Shown: positions 25,509 to 37,782 of the stretch, in pieces
Position numbering within the stretch: the stretch's first letter is position 1
Layout of the letters: every line of letters starts with the position of its first letter
Source: Lama guanicoe
Taxonomy: Eukaryota
NCBI GenBank assembly: GCA_013239625.1
Contig: MU054187.1
Span: 13,362,974-13,426,973 of the forward strand
Length of the DNA: 64,000 nt
Direction of reading: 5' to 3'
Translations under genes and position numbers: made by a program
The notes under the pieces: generated by a model
Seen by the model: the letters and a program-made list of their open reading frames with translations, nothing else
What the model was told of the DNA's origin: nothing
The model's database searches: none

Positions 25509-28500
25509 GAGATCTAATTAGAAAGGCAGTAAATGAAGTGCCAGTTCTCCTGTTCATGTGTAAGGAGAAGAATGTTAAGAGGTCTCACATATATTGAGGA
25601 ATTTGCTTTCAATCTTTTCTTTCAACTTCTCTTGGTAAGAAGTGTGACTCCAGGAGCAGCAGCTAGCTACTGGGATTTAGCTAGACTGTTTGCACACTGC
25701 TTGTCCACCACATCGTCCTGTGTAGACCACACTCCTGTGCATGTGTGCATTTGTGGTTTTGCTTCTACATCTTCCTTAATAGCTTTTCTGTGGTTAGACT
25801 TTCCATGGCAAGAACTGAATCATTCTCTTGAGAGAGTCTGGTGTAGGAACAGCTGTGTTCTAAAGGCTTTCCCTCTACATCCGAGAGGGAAGGCTACTGA
25901 GAAGGGTGTCCTTAACTATTTGTCTCTATGATGATGACAAGTTAATAGTACCTAATACTTCTGTGAAACAGTTCCTAGGCGAATAAAAATAAAATGTATT
26001 TATTTTCTTTCTTTTATTCTTATCTCCCTGATGCTTTCACATACAAACACAAGACTCCCATTGCTACCAACTAGCAATAGTCATTTTAGCATACATTCAA
26101 TCAATAAATTCTGTAATGAACCCAGTTAATTTAAGTTCACTTTTTCGGCAAGGACATGGTGAGCACCTACTGTGGACTAGGCATGTGATTCAATTTGTCG
26201 ATGTCATTCTCTCAGAATAACAGGATTCTCCTGTTTCTTTTATATCCTGGCTGTGAACTATAGACTGTGAAATTGACTTTTTTACTGCCTCTTGCTTTAT
26301 CCATAAACACACAACAAAGTAATCCAGATGTCACACAAAATAGTATTTTTCCTCTCTCTCCCTCTCCCCTCGCCTTCTCTCTCCCTTCCCTTGTGCACGT
26401 GCACACGCACATGCACATGCACACTACACACACAAAGTGAAATAAAAGTAGAAAAACTACCTATAAAACCAGTAAGTGTCAAATGAAAATTATTTTTAAG
26501 CTCACACCACTTCCTAGTGTGAGACAAGATGTTCTAGAGAATGGTCATCAATTAGTTTTTTCTCCACTGGTTTTGCTCAACATCCAGAGGCATGTTCAGA
26601 TACTAATTTGAGATTTTGAGACTGTGAGGAAGTTCTTCTCTCAAAAGATTCCGCCTCTGCATCCAATATGTGGAAGGTATCGTTTTCAAAAATATTTCCT
26701 CAATTTACTGTGTAGAGTTCAGAATTTGCTGGTTGGATATTAGAGGTAGTGAGATTGCCAAGGTTGTCCTATTTCCTGTCTGTAACCTTGTTTCCTCTTT
26801 GTACATAAGCAGACAGAGCCTGCCTGGGACTTGGGACTCCCAGTCACGTGGGGGAGGGTGGGAACACTGACAGCTGCCAGCATGGCTGTGGTGGGGGATG
26901 GCTGGATGCAGGTGCACAGGCTGCCTCAATTTGACAGGCTTTAAGGCTTACATTATTTCTAGTGATATCCAATATCCTAGCCAATGAGGTGCTTAAAAAC
27001 AACAGAAGCAACACAGTTACAGATACTCACCAGGGCATCCAGTTCCATAATGTTCACTCAGATCTACATGGATAAAACATCTGCAGTGTGTTATTTTTGT
27101 GATCTGCATGGTCCTGGCGTCACAGCAGCTTAGACATTAAATCATGCACCTGACATTCTGATGCTTTGTTATCTGCATGATTTTCTTTTTGCCTGTACCC
27201 TGTATCCTATATAAAGATTTGAATTCTGAAGTTTACATAACAGTTTCTTGCCAGAGCAGTACAGGGATCAGTAGTAACTGCTGGGTGAGTTATTCTTCTG
27301 GTAGAATGTTCTTGTAGAATTTTGAAGCTATAGAATGAATGTTAGTGTGCCTCTGATTTTGAGATTTTAGTCTCGTTGTCTGATGACCTGGACTTAGTCT
27401 CATTCCACCGCTAACTAGACCAGACCATGGCTGAGTCACTTAACTTTTCTAAATCTCCATTTTCTTGGCTATAAATTGAAATGAATAAATCCCTGCCTGG
27501 CAGTCTCACAAGGTGGTTTTGAGACTGAAATGATAAGAATGCACATGAAAGTAATTTGGAAATGGCTGTTAGAGGCAGATAAGAGCTCAAGGTGGCCTCT
27601 CGCCCCTGTAGGGTTCTCACCTAGAGAGAGAAGAATCACTAGCCAAATTGGGGTTCATAGTATCACCATTTTAGGCAGAGAAGTAGTGGATAAAATTCAA
27701 GGCTCTGGGAAATCTAGTTTGGAGAACATGGCTCAGACCTTAAAATTCAAGGTTCTGGGAAGTCTACATAAGGGAATATGGCTTAGACCTGAGGTCAAAA
27801 TTGCATCCCCTTCCTCCCAGCCCAAAGAAAAACCTTTGTATTTGCAAAAAGAGCCAAATCTGCTGTGTGGCCATCCGGTCTACTTACCGCCAGTCCAAGG
27901 ACGGCTTCCGCAGGGTGGGAGGAGTTGGAACAGGAGAAGATGGCAGGTGTCCCCACCAGCTGGGGCAGGCTTTTCTGCAGCGGGTCAGTGCTCAGGACAG
28001 GCAGTGCTGGGCTCACAGCAGAGGAGGAGAGGGCTCTCACTGCCTGAGCCCAGGTCCGTCCAAGAGAACTAGATGTCCTGCTGCAGGCGAGCAGTGGACT
28101 GTCATCTCATCAAGCAGGGAAACTGGCGCTAGTGGAAGCCAGGCTCCCACCAAACAGATTGGCACCCCTCCTTCCTGCAGGGAGGAGCAAGTACGCCGGG
28201 AAGAGACAGGGAGTGTCTGCTTCCTCCCCTCCAGAGGGAGGGAGAGATTGGAAGTTTGCCCCTTACTGATTTACAAAGGAGAGCAGGAGTCCCCTCCTGT
28301 CGCCTGGTCATGGCAGTGAGGCACATAAAGGGATAAGGGTTCACCTTTCTAGGGTGTGACTCACTGGAAGTCTGAGGAAGTTGTTTATTAAGGTCCATTA
28401 GAGGTGACTTAAACAGTCCTCTCGTTTTACAGGAAGAAGGGGCCCAGCGCAGGTGGGGCACTGGTTCAAGTAGCTGGTGTCGGTTATCTAGTTCTCAGAA

Positions 28501-28899
28501 GGAAGATTAGGTCCAGAAAACAGGACACTCACCAGGGAGGGGAGGACTCTGATGGGGTCCTGGGCTGCTGCAGAGACCAGTAAGGGAGCAGGGGAGCATG
28601 TCCTCAGACAGGAGAGGGGAGAGCAAGATGGACGTGGAGGGCATGACGATCATTTTGTTTAAAGCCGTTTCCTTCGAAGAGTAAATTATAGCTGTGATTC
28701 AGATACTCAAGTGGAAATGATTTTAATGATGTAAAGAAGGGACAGGTATTTCCTTCTCACTGCCTTTCAGAAGCACATTTTCTTCTCTCTAGTCTTTACC
28801 CTCCAGGCCTTCTGATGGAAAAAATGCACGAGGTTCCTTTGAGCACCGCCACTCTCAGTCCTCGTGGCAAGATAGGGCTGACCTACTCCCAAGGCTCGT

Positions 28900-29550
28900 G
28901 GGTGGTCTGCTGACTCAGACCTGGCCAGTAAGAACATTGCATTTCCTGGACCACAGGAACTGGTTCAGGGAAGGGTGTGTGCCCCAATCCAGGCAAATGA
29001 CACCCTTTTCTGGGCCTCTTCGAAGTGAAAATTCCCTTTGCTGGAGAGTTTGGCGCTGACACATTATGATATAACCTAAATATAAAGCATCTTGTCACCA
29101 TGAAGAGGGAGTTGCCTTGAGAATAAAGCCAGCCTAGAGGAAAATGAGCTGAAAGATGGAGAGAAACATATTTTTTAATGATATTTTTGAGCAGCTTAAT
29201 CCCGCATGTCCAAGGTCAGCATCCCAATACAGTTTTCAGTTGCATGTACCAATACGTTCCATAGTTTCCTTTATTTTATTTTATTTTTATTGAAGTTTAG
29301 TTGATTTACAATGTTGTGTTTGTTTTTGGTGTACAGCATAGTGACTCAGTTATGAATATATTTATGTATTTTTATTTATATTCTTTTTCATTATAGGTTA
29401 TTACAAGATATTGAATGTAATTCCCTGTGCTTTACATTGGGACCTTGTTATTTATCTATTTTATATATAGAAGTTTGTGTCTGTGTTTTTTTTAAAGCTG
29501 TTTAATTAAGGTTTCCATCACTTGAAGTCAAAAGAATTCTAATACACTTT
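28900..29550 (+). mobile_element. MaLR LTR (MLT1J/K-like) split by an L1 3'-end fragment (~29270-29485, minus)
   Basis: GAGAATAAAGCCAGCCTAGAGGAAAATGAGCTGAAAGATGGAGAGA...TTTCAGTTGCATGTACCAATA, with the terminus AAAAGAATTCTAATACA after the L1 piece. Confidence 0.6.
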
Positions 29551-29814
29551 CTCTTTCTCTTTGGGACCTTTCAAACATGTGACCTGTGAGTAACATTTTT
29601 CTTTTCTCCTCTTCTTCCGTTCTCCTCTTTAGTCAACCAAGTATATTCTAACTTGAATAATAACACAAAAAATCATATCCCATTTATCAAAGATCAAGAG
29701 AATGTTTTAGTTTTCAACAATATTAGGCTTTTTTTTTTCTTGCCCGGGGCTGTCTTAGGTTTACGGTCTGGTCGTATCACAGAAGAAGTTGTTTTTGCAG
29801 TTTTTTATTATTAT

Positions 29815-30330
29815 TAAATAATTATTGCAGATCTATCTACCCCCAAACTTTGTGCTCACAGCAGCAATCATTGTATCATGTTATGACGTGGTATGTCGGG
29901 AATTTGGCTCGGGAGCAGTTGATGTTTTTTCTTCTCCATATGGCATCGGCGAGGGTTACTTGGAGATGTTCAACTGATGGCTGGCCTGGTCTGGACAGCC
30001 CAGGATGGCTTATGCCTGGCGTCTCGGTGAGGATGACTAGAAGGCTGGGTGCAACTGGGGCCCCTTCCCATTTAGTCGTGGAGCCTCTTTACGTGCTCTC
30101 TCATGGCAGCTCAGGACTTCGTGAGCAACCATTCCAAAAAGCCTTAGGTGTAAGCTGCAAGACTTAATGCTTCCTAGACTCGTAAGTCCGAAGATGTCAT
30201 TTTTACCTCATTCTAAGAGTCAAGCAAGTTACTAAGGCTGACCCAGATTCAAGGGGAAAAGACAGTTAGAGTCCATCCTTCAGTGAGAAGAGTGGCAAAG
30301 TATTTGCAGCCATCTGTAATCTACCACGGC
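29815..30330 (-). mobile_element. MaLR LTR (MLT1H-like)
   Basis: CCCAAACTT...AAGCTGCAAGAC...GCTGACCCAGATTCAAGGGG...GCAGCCATCTGTAATCTACCAC. Confidence 0.7.
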
Positions 30331-33300
30331 GTGGGACAGCCGTGGGAAGAGCTTGAGCTTTAGGCTTGGATCAGCCTGTCTCAGGGGGCTTCATCCCTCC
30401 TTAGCTGTGATTACTCAGCCTCAATTTGTAAAATAGGGGATAATAAAATCTCACTCAAAGACTTTTGAGAATCAAGTGAAGTACCCCAAGACAATGCCCA
30501 AGAGTAGTAGTTACTCAGTAAGTTATAGTTGGATTTCTTTAAAGAGATTTATCTTTTGATGAGATAAATTCTCTTTCAGCAAATAATAGAATCTCTCTCA
30601 GTTGAGATGGATTATTAAGTGTGCTGGTTCTGTCTCCATGTGTTAACTCTGGCTGTGTGGAGGCATTTGGGGTGGTCCAAAGCTAATTCATGGACTCTAG
30701 CTGCCTCTTGTTGGTTTCAGAGTTCACCTTATTGCAGGTTGTTAACGATGATATCAGTCTGCCTGGGGCCAGAATCATTTATTTTGTAGAAGAATGGTGT
30801 CATCGAAAGATAAAAGTTCAGCATCTTTCTGCAAGACTGCAGTCCTTTCAGCGCAGGATTTCTCAGTTCGCCATTGCCCTTGCCACAACCTAGACTCAGA
30901 GCAGGGCTGGGTATAGTTTAGCCATGGACTGCCATTGAAGGGCTTCAGAGAATCCAGTTGAGGACTCAACAGTTCATCTGTATAGAAATTTCATCGGTGA
31001 CATCTGGGGTCCCTAGTCAGCCTCAGAATTCCCTTGGTATTGACGTTGGTGCAGAGGGGTTGTTCTACATTTGTGAAGTCCCTTCCTCTTGAGCCATAGT
31101 CCCTTCTCCCTTTGTGTCATGATAATCATAATGAATTGGCTGTACGTGCCAGCTGCCTGGGGTGGAAATGAATTTTATGGCCCTAGTGTAATGAGAAAAA
31201 AGAAGAGACATGCATAATACTCATACTTGGAATTACTAAACTCTGGGAGCCATTATTATTACACCCATAGCCAAGTCTGTGGGTTTGCATTTGGTACATG
31301 AATTCCTAAGTGCTACTGCTGAAAGTTATGTGCAAGGAGGTATAGTTAACTGAGTTATGAGTCTTCTGTACTTGAAGGCTTAATATTTTGTTCAGTGCTT
31401 TGCATAAAATTGCTCAGATGTCATGAGTAGTATATGGGTCTTGCCATAATTTTTCAGTTGTTTGAGAAAAATGGTACCCTTTAAAGGCTTCTAGTTTAAA
31501 GTTTTGTAAAAATGTCATTGTTTTATTTCCACTGATCATCTCTTAAGCTATTTGTGTTTTTACTTCTTTAAAGCATCTCATGTTGCAATATTGAGGCAAT
31601 CTGGAATGTGGGTTTGCAGATTCTGTTCTGAGTAGCAGGCCAGCTGGGAGCCCTGCACAGATATCACACACCATTGCTGTGGGAAAATAGAAACCTCTTT
31701 CACCGCTAATGACCCCTATAAAAGCAATCAATTTTTTAAAAAGATACATATTCTTAATAGCAGCTATTGAAAAAATCTCTATTTTTTATGAAGATATTTC
31801 AACTCAGATATCTGGAAGAAATGAAAGAATGAAAGATGATAAAATATCATAATTTTTAAAATTGATGATAGTGTCAATAAGGTCATCTATCTTATTTCAA
31901 ATTTTAAGATCAATTTAGGTAAGGAGATAACTTTAAGAAGGTATATATTAGGTTGAATATTACAGTCACCCACTGGTATATTGCCACATTATTTTTCTGA
32001 TAATTCAGGCATCAAACTCAATTTCTTGGAGGGAAAAAAACCTAGGCTTTGCTCTACTCATTGTTCTACCTTACTAAGCGCTTCATTGTCACTGTCGGGC
32101 CATGTGAGCTGTGTTCACTCCACTACGACTATGGCCGACGTAAGACCTATTCTTACGTGGAAGTGTCCATTGGATAATGTTTCTACAATGCTTTGAACTC
32201 CCCCAAAGTATGTTGTTCCCCAGATTCAACATGTATTAATAAGTCTCATAAAATACACACAAAATTTTCCCTTTATAATTACTTTAAAATAACACAATTT
32301 TTGAACATATGAGTCCTGTTAACTAAAATACCTACTCTCCTTCCACTTTATCAGTATTCCCACTACCTACCTATTTCCTCTGCTAGGTTACATTTTATCA
32401 CACAGACAATGTAAGTATTTCTACACTAATGGGAAAACAGTCACACTGAACCAATTAAAGCAAGCAAAAGGAAGAATTAGCTGAGAAAATCTGCGGTGTT
32501 TTATGGATGGAATTTCATATACAATATCGAACCTCACATTATCATAACTCACAGACTTCTTACTTTCTTAATGAATGACAATAGCAAATCTGGAAAACAT
32601 CTGCCTTGAAAAAGAACACTGACTGCTCTCTGCTTAAAAAATGTTGCTCGGCTATTACTGTATAGCAGCCATGCGTATCATATTGTGGTATGAGATGTCT
32701 TGGTTGCAAGAAATTAACATTCTCATGTTTGATTTCAAATTGCCTAGAACAGAATCCCAGCATAATTCAAATCATTGTAAAGCCACAGTTGCAATAAAGA
32801 ACGTGATTTACTGTTCAGCAAATCTTCAACACTGCTGCTCAATTCCCAGCAATCACTATGACTTGGATGAAAGAAACTTAGCAAACTGTTGCGTGATTTT
32901 GTGCCATCTAAAAAAAAATCTGCAATATAAAAAGAAAATCTAAGAATAACCTCTTAGATTTAGTTATACATATGTATATAGTTAACCATTGCAACTGGTA
33001 AGCATGTTTTGGCTACACAAGTAAAGTATATTCTATAAGTCTCATTATCACCTCGAGAGCGAGAGCAGCTGTCATCAGAATAAGTCTATTAACATTCCCA
33101 CCTGTGTTTCTATAATGGACAAGCGTGTTCTTCCTTTCTTCTCATTACCAATTGATAGGGGTTTGGAAGATGAAAGAATGACACTTTTAGAAGAAGGAAC
33201 AAAAAGCAGTTCTGGTATCATTTGTGTGTTGCAGGACCTCCTAATTTTTTGTTAATTGTCAAAAAACTCTGAAAGTTAAAAGTATCTGTTCATTCATTTT

Positions 33301-35366
33301 TTTATTTCTCCTGAAAGTGGGAAGTAAGATCACAGTAAAGCACTTTCTCTCTCTGGATACATGTTCTCATTGTACTAATACTGTATTATTAATTTCTAAA
33401 CCGTTGCAAAAGCGTAGAGTTTGGCAGAATGCTAATTATTTCTTTCTTGGCTTAACAAATACATTTGGTCATGGAAAAGAATTCATTTCTGGACTATCTG
33501 GGATATTTGTCATCATCTTTTTTTTTTCAGTAGTGATGCATTATTATTACAAAGTGTGAAAATTTTCATTGAAGAGTGACTTTATCCAAGACATTATCTA
33601 ATGGAACAGCTGGTACCCTTGTTCAGACTGACCCTGAACCATAGAATAGTTCGCAATTCTTGTAGACCTTTGATTTGTCTTTGTTATAAACAGAGAAGAG
33701 TCTGATTCACTTATATTAACTATTTAGCTCATCATCTATTGTTATGTTTGATGAAATATTTCCCATGAACTGAAGGTAGAGTTCTTCCATATACTGAGTT
33801 TTAAATTACATAGTTGATTTAATCTCAAACATTCTTGACTAACAAAAATACTCTCAAATTGCACCCTCAAATTCATAACTTTTATGTATCTGTATATATA
33901 CAGATATAAATATATATCTGTTTTTAGATAATTCTACTCTTTAGCCCACTGCATAAGCAGATTTGAATTTTTAATCTTATTAGTTCCAGAAGACAAACCT
34001 AGCAGTGTATAAAGAAGGCTGAGCCAAGTTTGATGGTAGTTTGTGAATATTTCTGACTCTGAACAGAATCATATACCATTTACAGTTGTCTTTTGCATGC
34101 AGGTGCATTGTGGGAAAGCAACCCACCTCTGAAGAAGTCACAGGAATCCTTTGCTTCAAGTCTTTTAGAATCACGTAGTAAGAAATTAACAATACTGTAT
34201 TTGTTTTCTTTTTAATGTTTCTCGTATTTCTTATTCTCATTCTGTAGGAATGCATTCTAATCCAAGGACACATTCTCATACATTCATTAATCCTTGTGCT
34301 CCAAAACGATTCACATGAAAACTCAAAATCAGATGGTTTCATGTGTTCCAACTTAGCTTTTGCTAAAACAGGGTCATCCTTGAACTTGTCATCTGCTGAG
34401 GTATTGAATTCCCTATTTCACTCAATTACATGATCTTAAGAATGTGGCCATTTGCCATTTCTGTCTCAACTTTTGAACACATGTTTTTACATATAACTGT
34501 TCAGCCTCAGTTATAAATGACCTGCTGGGAAAAAAAAGTAAATCATTTTAAGGAGCTACCTAAGTAATACATTAAAATGTTATTTCTGTTTAAAAATGAA
34601 GTATTATTAATGTAATTTTTCTGGTGATGACAAGTTTCAGCTCTTTAAAGCATGCTACTGTAATATGTGAGATACAAATTAATTGTTTAAAGAGTAAAAT
34701 TTAGTTCCTTTAGTTTTAAGAACTCTCATATATTTAATGAAGTTTTAATCAGGGTGATATTTTGAGAGAAAATCAGTTATTTTTTTCAAGTTTAAAATAG
34801 TATCCTAATGTGGAATAATTTAATTGTAAAAAATTATTTCACATGTGTGTATTGTGTTACTCAGTTTTCTCCTAAAAATGAAGTGGCCAGATGTTAGTTT
34901 CAGATAATCACAATTAAATGGCTGAGTCAAGGTAAACATAATTTGTCTTCTCTGCTGGACTAAAAGCTCCTTGAGGGCACAGATTGTTTCCTGTTCATTC
35001 CTCAGAGAGAGAGATGATCAGCACAGAGTCTGCCGTAGAGTAGATGCTCATTAGATGTTATTGAACTTACCTGAATCTTTATGTGACCAGATATAAAACA
35101 CCTGTTTTATTTTTATCATATAATCTTCAACTAAAAAATAAAATATAAGCTTATGCTTTGTATTTATACCATAGCTTTCTGTTTTCTTTTTTTTTTCTTT
35201 TTACTTTTCAAATCATTTCCATGTAGTTGTACCATTTGATCCTTTTGGAGTGATGGGTCTAATAAGTCTTATCAGTCCATTTTTCTTATTTGAAGTCACA
35301 CTCCTGGTTAATTAATTATGTGGCAGGAACTGAAAATTTGTTTTTTTTTTCTTTAAAAACTTGTAG

Positions 35367-35660
35367 ACAGACATAGAAAACAAACATGGTTACTGGGGGG
35401 AAAGCGGGTTGGAAGGGATAAATTGGGAGTTTGAGATTTGCAGATAGTAACTACTATATATAAAATAGGTAAACAACAGGTTTCTTCTGTATAGCACAGG
35501 GGACTATATTCAATATCTTGTAGTAACCTATGGTGAAAAGGAATATGAAAATGAATATATGTATGTATATGTATGTCTGAAACAGTATGCTGTACACCAC
35601 AACTGTTGACACAACATTGTAAACTGACTATACTTCAAAAAAAAAAAGAATTAAGAAAAA
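35367..35660 (+). mobile_element. 5'-truncated young L1 (camelid-like 3' UTR) with poly(A) tail and TSD
   Basis: GGATAAATTGGGAGTTTGAGATTTGCAGAT...GTAAACTGACTATACTTCAAAAAAAA; TSD AAAAACTTGTAG (35355) / AAAACCTTGTAG (35660). Confidence 0.85.
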
Positions 35661-37782
35661 AAACCTTGTAGGCCCTTTACTCTATACTTATTCACTGTTT
35701 TATGAGAGGTATGTGGGATGAGTCAAATTGCCTCTTTGTAGAAAGACTTATTATTTCAATTTGGAGATAAAGAGTGCTGAAAAGACTCTATCAGTCCTAA
35801 AGAAACAACAGGAAAAAAGCTGACAAGCTGGAAATTAATGACCTTTGAACCCAGGAGAGAACTAAAATTGCAGGGCAAAACAACTACCCTGAAATATGGG
35901 GAGAGACAAGTGCTTGCAAAGAAAGATGTTGCCAAACTCTATATAAACCAAAGGGAAGATTCAGCCTGGAAATTTTCAATGAATTGCTAAAGGCTGAGTG
36001 GGAGTGTGAAGTCCCTGGGGCTGCAGACATGTGTGTGTGTAGAGGGTCACAGTCTTGTGAAGGGTTTTCCTCCAGGAATTCCTCTAGGAATTCACAGGGA
36101 AGGTTGGGGAGAGGTCTAAGAAAACTTCCCTTGTAATCCTGGCTGGAACAGGGGAGGGAACAGAAACCACTGCTGAAACACTACCAGATTTATCCTCTGT
36201 ATCATCTCAGAGGAACCAAAGCCTTAATATGCAGGGAAAAGGAAACTAAAGTGTAGACTAAGGCCATGGAGGGAGTGGGACTGGGACCCTGTAGACCTAG
36301 TGTTACCCCTGGAGAAGGAACGGGAATACTAGAGATAATCACAGCCCCAGACCCAGGTTCACAATGCCTCCCTAAATCTGAGGCTTAATCAGAACATCAG
36401 ACAACACCTCCTTCCCCTGTTCCTGCAGCTTCATTGCCCTGTCAAGTGTCAAATAAAATTAAGAGTAGAATGCAACTGGGAGAGCTGCAAGAGACAGATT
36501 CTCTGTCTGTTGCACAAAGAACAAAAACCTAAGCTAAGTGTGAGACCCAAACCCAAGCAGGAAGGAAGCTTCAGACCAGCCTAACTCCTGAACAGACTGA
36601 TACGAACCCTACACTAACGGCCCAGCAGAAGGAAAGGTGTACCCATCTCCAATTGTAACTATCTCAGTATCTATTGTCATGTACAATACATCCAATTCTA
36701 AACAAAAAACTTTAGCATGCAAAGGGGGAACTAAAAACACAGTTTAAAATGACAAAGGAGTCAACAGAGTCAGACTCAGATATGACTTAGATGTTGGAAC
36801 TGTCCGATGGGAAATTTAAAATAGTTTTGGTTAATAGGTTGAAGGTGCTAACGGAGCAGGGAGACAACGTTCGTGGTCAGGTAGGTACTTTGAGCAGAGA
36901 CATGGAAACTATGAAAATGAAAATCTTAGGAAAATAATTCAGAAACAGATGAAGAATGCCTTCAGCAATTTTATCTGTAATTTTATCTGACTTGATGTAG
37001 TTGAAGAGAGCCAGTGAGCTTGAAAATGGAGATAGATCAACAGAAATTACCCAAAGTGAAACACTGGGAGAAAAAAATGCATGATAAAAAAACAGAACAA
37101 AGCATCTACGAGCTGCAGACAACACCAAATAACCTAACATATGCATAAATGGAATTCCAGGAGAACAAAAAGAGAAGAGGGCAGAAAAAATATTTGAAGA
37201 AATAATGAGTAAGAATTTTTCAAACACCCAGCACCTATGAACATCCTATTCAAACTTCTGAAAGCTGAAGGCAGCCAAAGAAAACGATGTTACATAAGTG
37301 AACAAGGATGCAAATTACAGCAGACTTCTCATTAGAAAGCATGTAAATACGAAGGCAATGAAATGCTGTCTGTAAAGTTCTGAAAAGGAGAAACCTGACA
37401 TCTCCCCAGTGAAAATATTTTTCAAAGGTGAAAAAGAAGCAAAGCCTTTCTCAGACAAACAGAAGTTGAGGTAACTCATTACCACAGGTCTACTCTGCAA
37501 GACGTGTTAAAGGAGGTATTTGGGTGGAAGACATATGATATCAGGAACTTGCGTTAATACAGAGAATGAATAATGAAGATAAAGTGGATTTTTCTAAATT
37601 TTTAGTTCTAAAAGCTAACCACGTAAAGGAAAAATTAAAACTGTTTATTACTTAGTAAAAGTAATACATTGTTACATTGTATCTGAGGGGGTATAATACT
37701 ATTTGAAGGTAAACTCATTAATCATTAAAAAGTTAAATATTAAAAAATAGTATCAAACCTCTGGAGAAAGACACTGTGGCCA

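Noticed and set aside
26588..26676. Candidate exon encoding DFETVRKFFSQKIPPLHPICG
   Set aside because: The better acceptor (26587) gives stops in all frames; the in-frame acceptor (26612) lacks a polypyrimidine tract.
27530..28461. Cluster of long ORFs (180, 172, 110 aa)
   Set aside because: Overlaps a MIR and a GC-rich, possibly LTR-derived segment; no recognisable protein or splice structure.
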